A stretch of DNA of 63,659 bases, filler included, from Collodictyon triciliatum (Eukaryota): assembly GCA_043381765.1 (NCBI GenBank). It is 7 parts of 7 records of this genome, joined end to end, with 100 filler letters (N's around TTAATTAATTAA, not from the genome) between each part and the next. Parts side by side here need not be neighbours in the genome. Positions count along the whole stretch, not along the records: positions 49,497 to 59,285 come from JBHJMP010002897.1; positions 59,386 to 63,659 come from JBHJMP010002953.1; 5 more parts are not named here. The stretch is one strand, 5' to 3'. Position 1 is the stretch's first letter; each line of letters starts with the position of its first letter. The position numbers were made by a program, and so were the translations under genes. The notes beneath the pieces are model-generated. The model ran no database searches. It saw nothing but the letters and a program-made list of their open reading frames with translations, and was not told the DNA's origin. Below, one piece after another: positions 55,449 to 63,659 of the stretch.

Positions 55449-56309
55449 ATGCAGCCATTCCGCCTGCCTCCCGCCTCGCAGCTCGCCGGGCCGCACGACG
55501 ACGAGACCGCGGCCACCGCACACCCGCTCCCGCTGCCGCTGCCCCTGCCGCTGCCCCTGCCGCTGCCCCTCCCGCTGCCGATGGCGATGACGTCGCCCGC
55601 ATCTGTCGCCTCCGTGTCGCCGCCCTTCGCACTGACCAACGTCCACGCGCTCGAGTGGGCCACCCACGCGCTGCTGCATCTCGCCTCGCTCTACAACGCC
55701 CCGCTGCACCCGCCCCTCGCCCCGCTGCGCACCGTCCCGGCAGACCCCCAGCCACAGATGCAGCCACAGATGCAGCCACAGATGCAGCCACAGCCACAGC
55801 TCCAACAGCCGCCAACGAACGGATACCTTGTGTTCTGCGCCGAGTGGCGACGGCGGCTGCTGCAGATCAACCCCTTCTCCACCTCCAACGACATGAACCG
55901 CGTCCTCGGCGCAAGATGGAAGGCCCTTTCGCCCCACGAGAAGGACCACTACCGCAGACTCGCCCGCGACTCAAACACCCGCCCTGCACAGCCACAGCCA
56001 CAGCCACAACCGCAGATACAGATACAGCCACAATATCAACCACAGCAGCCACAACCACAGCCACAGTCGCCCTTCCTGCACTACCAGCCACACGCCGTGC
56101 CGCCACAACCCCCGCGCAAGCGCCCACCACCCCCGCACGCGCCCCATGTCGTTCTTGAAGACCCCCACCGGCAGCGCCGCAGACGCATTGTCCACGCCGT
56201 GCTCGCTGCGGAAAAGTCTCTCTCGCGCACAGCCACAGGCCCGGCAGACACCCAGGACGCCGTACCACCCCGCGATTTGGACCGCCCAGTCTCCCCCTTG
56301 CGGTCGTAG
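55449..56309 (+). CDS. Intronless single HMG-box (SOX/MATA/TCF-type) protein with PQ and PL repeats
   Basis: PPTNGYLVFCAEWRRRL..NPFSTSNDMNRVLGARWKALSPHEKDHYRRLA matches the HMG-box consensus. The ORF is very GC-rich. Confidence 0.85.
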   Translation: MQPFRLPPASQLAGPHDDETAATAHPLPLPLPLPLPLPLPLPLPMAMTSPASVASVSPPFALTNVHALEWATHALLHLASLYNAPLHPPLAPLRTVPADPQPQMQPQMQPQMQPQPQLQQPPTNGYLVFCAEWRRRLLQINPFSTSNDMNRVLGARWKALSPHEKDHYRRLARDSNTRPAQPQPQPQPQIQIQPQYQPQQPQPQPQSPFLHYQPHAVPPQPPRKRPPPPHAPHVVLEDPHRQRRRRIVHAVLAAEKSLSRTATGPADTQDAVPPRDLDRPVSPLRS

Positions 56310-57919
56310 CGGCTGCGCCTCCCCCTGCCCCGCTTTCCTGTTTAATTACCTACCCGCATTCCTCACGACTCGCACCCGCATCCACAAATGACAGCCGATA
56401 AAGCATAGCCGGTTGCAATAAGCGCGCAGCATCGTCTTTTCTTTTTTTTTTCTTTTTCTTCTTTTTCTTTTTTTCTTTTTTTTTCTTTTTTTTTCTTTTT
56501 TTTTCTTTTGATTCTTGTCTTAAGCTGCGCACTTAAGGTTAGTGCGTGTCTCTGAGAGATTCAGAGTGAGCGAGAAGGGAGAGCAGACATCTCATCCTTT
56601 TCGGCGGTGATGTGCGTACATTTCTAGTTGTCTAGGTGCTTAATAATTCGTTTTGATTTCTTGAGTTCACACTTTTAACCTCCCTTTTATTTTCATTTCT
56701 TTATGTGTGTGTGTGNNNNNNNNNNNNNNNNNNNNNNNNNNNNNNNNNNNNNNNNNNNNNNNNNNNNNNNNNNNNNNNNNNNNNNNNNNNNNNNNNNNNN
56801 NNNNNNNNNNNNNNNNNNNNNNNNNNNNNNNNNNNNNNNNNNNNNNNNNNNNNNNNNNNNNNNNNNNNNNNNNNNNNNNNNNNNNNNNNNNNNNNNNNNN
56901 NNNNNNNNNNNNNNNNNNNNNNNNNNNNNNNNNNNNNNNNNNNNNNNNNNNNNNNNNNNNNNNNNNNNNNNNNNNNNNNNNNNNNNNNNNNNNNNNNNNN
57001 NNNNNNNNNNNNNNNNNNNNNNNNNNNNNNNNNNNNNNNNNNNNNNNNNNNNNNNNNNNNNNNNNNNNNNNNNNNNNNNNNNNNNNNNNNNNNNNNNNNN
57101 NNNNNNNNNNNNNNNNNNNNNNNNNNNNNNNNNNNNNNNNNNNNNNNNNNNNNNNNNNNNNNNNNNNNNNNNNNNNNNNNNNNNNNNNNNNNNNNNNNNN
57201 NNNNNNNNNNNNNNNNNNNNNNNNNNNNNNNNNNNNNNNNNNNNNNNNNNNNNNNNNNNNNNNNNNNNNNNNNNNNNNNNNNNNNNNNNNNNNNNNNNNN
57301 NNNNNNNNNNNNNNNNNNNNNNNNAATGCGCCGATTACCTGCAAGCAAGAGACGCACGTAGGAATGCCAGCAATCATATACTTTTTGAATCCAATAGTGC
57401 ATCAAAAGCACCGACAGATATTTGTTCATGGTTATTAATTCAAGTAGTTTGAACATGACAGCCAGACGTACCGGGCAAATCTTTCGTCTCAATCGCCATG
57501 ATTACCAACTGCGTGTTGCCTCTGAATCCATACACACCGAGTTTTCACCCTTCAGAATATCTGTCTTTCCAAAACTGGACAATGAACAAAAACGACGAAA
57601 AGGCGCTTCATCATACTATTTGTGGTCCGATTTGTCTTTTTCCGTGAACCCAGTCAACATCCATCCGACAAACTCAGAATTCTCAGTTCAAAACATCAAT
57701 CTGACCAAAAAAAATCAAATAAAAAAACACATCGAAAAAATCACTAAAAAAACAAAGAAATATTAAACAGAAAAGAAGGATTTGGAAACTATTCACCCTT
57801 AAAACACACGACAGTCCCTTATTTTGTCATTTAAAAAAATAAAAAGAAACCCATTCCGACATTATTTTCCCACACGCGCTTACTTCAACAGAGCCCATTC
57901 CCAGCAACCGCAGAACGCC

Positions 57920-58792
57920 ATGGCCAACCTTCCACCACCTGCCATCCTCGGAGAGTCACCCTACGGCCTTTACATCCGCTTCCAACACGATGACTTCTCT
58001 GGCCTGACTCAGGTTTTCTCTGAAGGAAACTACCAGATGATCAAAGCGGAGTTGCAAAACAACCCCGCTCTCAACGTGGCATTCAAAGTCTACCAAACTG
58101 TCGATCTGAATGATCCCGAGAGTGATATCCCAAAGGTGTTCCAAGAACTTCTCAAGCTCATCGAAATCGACCCGCCGGCGAATCTATTCATCCCGTACTT
58201 GGGTGCCTTCCAGCAGGCTGGACAGCTCTCTGTGGTTCGCGAATATATGCCTGGAGTCATCTTTTCCAATATCATTCCCAACAACACGTTTTCATATGAC
58301 TTTATGGCCAAAGCTGCCATGAAGCTGTGCGATGGAGTCAGGTTTCTTATTTCAAGGAGCTTCTTCAACTACAGCATCAAACCTGACAATCTTTTTCTGC
58401 GGGGTGACGGAGAATTGTGCGTGTGTGACTTTGCCATGATTGAGTTGCGCTCGAGTATCCGACGCAAAAATACGTCCTCTCGTACGAAAAGCCCTTTGTC
58501 ACAGCCCGAAATCATCCGCAACGGAGAGTATGCGGAGGAGAAGAGCGATGTTTTCTCGATTGGTATGATTATTTGGATGATGGCTGCAAGGAAGATTCCC
58601 AAAGTCGCCCGCTTCCCCCTCGCTGAGGTCAAGGAGCCCAAACTGAAGGATATTGTGACCAAGGCGTTGAATGTGGACCCGTACGGGAGACCTGACTTGA
58701 CAGAACTGACCAACATGTTAGCGGATGCCTTTCCCAATTATGCGTCTGCTCAGCCGCCTGCTGAAGTATTGGAATCAGCCAGGCGCGCTTAG
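57920..58792 (+). CDS. Intronless protein-kinase-fold protein, probable pseudokinase
   Basis: VAFK, EYMPG, NYSIKPDN in place of HRDLKxxN, DFA, QPE, KSDVFSIG, DP.GRP. No Gly-rich loop. Confidence 0.8.
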   Translation: MANLPPPAILGESPYGLYIRFQHDDFSGLTQVFSEGNYQMIKAELQNNPALNVAFKVYQTVDLNDPESDIPKVFQELLKLIEIDPPANLFIPYLGAFQQAGQLSVVREYMPGVIFSNIIPNNTFSYDFMAKAAMKLCDGVRFLISRSFFNYSIKPDNLFLRGDGELCVCDFAMIELRSSIRRKNTSSRTKSPLSQPEIIRNGEYAEEKSDVFSIGMIIWMMAARKIPKVARFPLAEVKEPKLKDIVTKALNVDPYGRPDLTELTNMLADAFPNYASAQPPAEVLESARRA

Positions 58793-59190
58793 CTTGAGGA
58801 ACGCACCTTCTTCTCTTTTCATGAGTCTCAGATGTGTTCAGGTTTGGAATGAATCACCTCAAAGTTTGTATATACATACCGTTGATTGTTTTTTTTTTTA
58901 ATATGTCCCTTTTTATCATATGTGACGCTGTCTTTGGTGAAATGGTTCGTGACCAGGCCAATAAAACTACCTTGCCTGCAATCAATCTCACTTTTTTTTA
59001 TATAGCAAATATTATTGTTGCGAAAGATTATCAATAATAATAAATTATGGGGGGATTAACGGAGATGCACGATAATCGATGCTATCTCATTAGTCTTGAT
59101 TGATATTGCCATCCCATTATCTGCTTACTTTTTTTAGGGTTTATTCAGTGCGATAGGCTGTCCCGACACAGAGCTCTTTGTTGTAATCCG

Positions 59191-59285
<95 letters not shown>

Positions 59286-59787
59286 NNNNNNNNNNNNNNN
59301 NNNNNNNNNNNNNNNNNNNNNNNNNNNNNTTAATTAATTAANNNNNNNNNNNNNNNNNNNNNNNNNNNNNNNNNNNNNNNNNNNNAAAAAAACAAAAAAA
59401 CAAAAAACAAAAAACAAAAAACAAAAAACAAAAAACAAAAAACAAAAAACAAAAAACAAAAAACAAAAAACAAAAAACAAAAAAAACGAAAAAAACGAAA
59501 AAAACGAAAAAAACGAAAAAAACGAAAAAACAAATTCACAAGCAAAGATAGGACATATTTATTTGAACATCAGGCAAAATCGATATAAGATTACCATAAT
59601 CGCAGTACTTAGTGATTTTGGATTATCCTTAATTTATAGGAAATTTCAATACCACTCATTAATGACACATCTATATTATAATAATCCTTTTCCCCATCGA
59701 TAGATACATATTGCATATACCATTTTGACATTTGGTGTTTGGTTGGTAAATTTTTTAAGCGTTATCCAATTTTCTCCCCTTTAACAG

Positions 59788-60476
59788 CACTCACGAAAAC
59801 CCAGCGAGGACAACAGAAAGAGCCCCCCTCGCAAGCATCATCATCAGGAAGTACCCAAGCATCGTTTCTACCGTCGATTCATTTGCCTCCAGCAAATACG
59901 CAGATTGGCGACTATCTTCAAATACCTCCAGTTTGCAAGCCGGAATCAACACCACCATCGAATTCGCCGCAGGGAAAAAAAACGCTGCCTTCCATCGGGT
60001 CTCCTGTTGAGCCAACTCTGCAAAAACCAATCCTCAGTGTGTCTCCAGTGCAAAGGCATCGTGGTAATGGAACAATCAGAGAATTATCTTGCTATCGCAA
60101 CCTTCTCTACTCCAGACGCAATAATTGTCGTTCTCATTTGCACATTTTAAATCAGTGTGTCATATTCCTTTATCTTTTCTCTTGAATCAAATTCTCATAA
60201 TACTTTTTCTCTTCTCAACAGAATACAATAAGTAAATAAAAAATAATTAAAATATAAAATTTGTCTTCGCTAATTGGGTTTTGCTTTATCTAATTGTAAT
60301 TTTCTGTAGACATATTTGTCAACCAAGCCACTTGCTACGGTAAACGAGTTCCAAATACCGTTCATTATATGACGCCGCCAGCCACTCCTTATCACGACGA
60401 AAACACATCAGTATCATTGGACGACCATACGATGCGCCTTGTGTCCTTGTATTACACAGAAAATACCATTGAATGA
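59788..60476 (+). CDS. Last two exons of a hypothetical Pro/Ser-rich protein
   Basis: AG-bounded exon 59788-~60063 and terminal exon ~60310-60476, which appear to join in frame. Confidence 0.4.
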
Positions 60477-61076
60477 TGGTCACTTTTTTTAATCCGTTTG
60501 AAAATCTGCATAAGTTGTTCTGTCTGAAAGCACCTGCGAAATTAAAAAAAAAAGTGATAAGAAGGAAAACGCGACCATGTCGAAATCAGATAGGCAAAGT
60601 ACATGGAAGCGGTACCATACGACCAAATCAATGATGTTTACCTATGTGAATCATTTCTCTCATGTTTCCGTTGAATCACCCAAAAGTTAGGAACCAATCA
60701 TATGCAATGCTGATGTATTCCCTGTGGGTCGGGTGTTTTTTTTCTTCGTTCCCTTTTCTTAAAAATTTGATTCCTGTTATTTCATCCCCCGTGTTCTATC
60801 ATACATGCCTCTCCACATTCTATCAATCCATTTTGCAGCTGGCTTAAATTGAATAAAGACACATCATCGGCTTGTGATTATAGATATATACTTCTCTTTC
60901 TTACTGGGACCTCCGCTGACAACGCTCTCAACCACACACTTTCATGTATAAATGATAACACAAACTGCGTGCGTTGGCTGTGAGCATCGTCTTTATTTCT
61001 GCCCGCGTCAATCGCAGCAACTCTTTCTTTTTCATCTTTATTTCTGAAAGCTTTTGACTTCTTTCCTGGCTGATTG

Positions 61077-62759
61077 TCAACCAAATCGGGGCTCTATCTT
61101 TGATTTGACCGCCTGTATTTTCTCCTCCACTCCTTTTGTTCTCGCGTGCGCCTCTCCAAATCCCTTCACATAAACTTCCCTCGCCTTTGCAAACATTCCC
61201 AACGCCTCCTCATACTTTGATTGCAGCTCATAGATGTCTCCTACGTTGCAGTAGCTGCCGCCTGTGTTTGGGTGGCTTTCTCCATACGCCTTCGTCTTTA
61301 TCGTTAATGATTTCAGCAAAAACTCCAAGGCCTCCTCGTTCCTACCCACAACAAATGAATAAGCAAAGCATATCATCCGATGTGTTTCTCCATTTTTGAT
61401 TTTTTGTAATAAAAATAAAGGCCGTCTCAACTTGCAACTTATCAAAATTTATATTGTAATCAACCGAAACAGCCATGGCAACGACAAATTATTTTTTTTA
61501 AGTGTGTAAAAAAAAGCAATATCCATCAAGAAAAATATGATGAGAACAAATAGTAACGAACAAAGGAGGAAAAAAAGAAAAGAAGAGAGGGAATTTTTGT
61601 TATCAACATACCGCCCCAAGCACTTGTAGACGTTTCCGATATTTGTGTAAGATGTGGCAACTTCTGGGTGGTCGGCTCCTCGAACTTTGAGGGTGATTTC
61701 CAAGTCCTTCTGGTAATACTCCAACGCCACATCATACCTGCGAGTTAATTGAATAGAGTATAAAAATTTCATGCATGATGAATCGAATGGCGAAGAATGA
61801 ATTAATATGACAGTGAGACCATAAAAGTCACAGTAACCCATATTATTGAGATGATGAGTTCACCTCCTATTCAAAGTTTTTTTTTGTGCATATAGCTATA
61901 CCTGCCGATGTTTTTGTATATAACCCCGATGTTATTATAGGCTATGGCGACTTTCGAATGGTCAGCACCAAACGCTTTCATTTGAATACGCAGAGCCTCC
62001 TTGTAGTTTTGCAAAGCCTCTTCGTTCCTTCAAAAAAGATGAAAATATGGATATATTTCTCAAAATTTTCCTTGTGCTTTAAATTATCTTGAGATGGCTT
62101 TGATGTGAAACAACAGGTCTCACTTTCCAGAAATTTTACAAAGTAGTCCCATATTGTTATAAACAATAGCAACATTTGGATGGTCGTCGCCGAAAATGCT
62201 TTGTGTCAGACGAAGTGACTCTTGGTAGTTTTCCAGAGCTTGTTCGTGTCTTGCATTTTTCAAAAGCAAATGTCAAAGTCACATAAATAGCAGTTCATAT
62301 TCTATAGGAAAAAAACCCTTCACCTCAAGTGTGTACTTGAATATATACATCAATATACTAAGGAGTTGTTTCTGATTTATGCACTTCATATCATACCTGC
62401 TGGTCAGTTTGTAAACAAGCGCAATGTTACTGTAAGTTCCTGCTATGTCAACATGGACAAGGCCGTGCAATTTTACTTGAATCTTTAGGGATTCCTGATA
62501 GCTTTCAAGGGCTTGGTCATATCTATGAAATTTCAAGGGTTCAATATCCAATCATCTCACCAACCAAAAAGATTCAGGTAAAAAGATGTGCAAACAGATT
62601 ATTCGCGATATAATCCTGATATTGTGGTTCTTCCTTTTCTTTTTTCAAAGTAAAAGGTACAACAGTCAACTCTACTTACTGCCCAAGTGTGCACTGAACT
62701 GATGCGATATTATTCAATGAAATAGAAATATTATCATGTGCCTCTCCATAGTTTTTCTT
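61077..62759 (-). CDS. TPR-array protein with 42-aa kinesin-light-chain/nephrocystin-3-type repeats, 3' part
   Basis: Exons 62397-62522, 62124-62249, 61902-62027 and 61612-61737 are each 126 bp and encode (Y/N/H)xxALxxYxxxLxI...(G)xxHxxVAxxYxNxG. A partial exon at 62680-62759 and a terminal exon at 61077-61341 flank them. Confidence 0.9.
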
Positions 62760-63659
62760 NNNNNNNNNNNNNNNNNNNNNNNNNNNNNNNNNNNNNNNNN
62801 NNNNNNNNNNNNNNNNNNNNNNNNNNNNNNNNNNNNNNNNNNNNNNNNNNNNNNNNNNNNNNNNNNNNNNNNNNNNNNNNNNNNNNNNNNNNNNNNNNNN
62901 NNNNNNNNNNNNNNNNNNNNNNNNNNNNNNNNNNNNNNNNNNNNNNNNNNNNNNNNNNNNNNNNNNNNNNNNNNNNNNNNNNNNNNNNNNNNNNNNNNNN
63001 NNNNNNNNNNNNNNNNNNNNNNNNNNNNNNNNNNNNNNNNNNNNNNNNNNNNNNNNNNNNNNNNNNNNNNNNNNNNNNNNNNNNNNNNNNNNNNNNNNNN
63101 NNNNNNNNNNNNNNNNNNNNNNNNNNNNNNNNNNNNNNNNNNNNNNNNNNNNNNNNNNNNNNNNNNNNNNNNNNNNNNNNNNNNNNNNNNNNNNNNNNNN
63201 NNNNNNNNNNNNNNNNNNNNNNNNNNNNNNNNNNNNNNNNNNNNNNNNNNNNNNNNNNNNNNNNNNNNNNNNNNNNNNNNNNNNNNNNNNNNNNNNNNNN
63301 NNNNNNNNNNNNNNNNNNNNNNNNNNNNNNNNNNNNNNNNNNNNNNNNAAAAGTGGAATGGGCATATTGCGAGTGAGTAGCAAATTTAATATACCTTACG
63401 TACAAATCCATATACATATCAGTGAGGTATTAACCGGTGCGATATAATCGGGAGTCCCAACAAAGCTATTTCCTCTGTCACGTCTCCTGTGTGTTCGACT
63501 TGTGTGGCCTGCATCATCACCATACTGGTCATGAACTAGGGTTTGCAAAGTTTAATGAAATATATCAGCATAAGGAGTGGCATTTCCTCTTTTTTTTTTT
63601 TTTTTTTTATGAATTTCTCGAATGAAATTAATTTTGTTGGAATAATTTTATAGATAAAA

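Overview
Draft eukaryotic (protist-like) genomic DNA. It is AT-rich and intron-dense, with many microsatellites. The window is seven unrelated scaffold segments (mostly ~9.8 kb) joined by artificial N-TTAATTAATTAA-N spacers, so adjacency across spacers means nothing. Recognisable genes: an active-site rhomboid protease, a Roco protein (LRR-Roc-COR-kinase-SAM-like-LRR), an ABHD/YheT esterase fragment, eIF4E, twinfilin, tRNA-Val(CAC), capping protein beta, casein kinase 1, a bacterial-type peptide deformylase, a diacylglycerol kinase, an HMG-box protein, a pseudokinase and a TPR-array protein. There are also decayed non-LTR retrotransposons and a Helitron-type Pif1 helicase relic. The most striking signals are (i) one-repeat-per-exon cassettes, with 69-bp phase-0 LRR exons on both sides of the Roco core and 126-bp phase-2 TPR exons, which resembles shuffling-ready immune-receptor genes, and (ii) an unannotated ~560-nt segment with nested G-U-containing helices and a possible pseudoknot, a candidate large ncRNA. 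All exon boundaries and translations were read by eye; no searches were run.
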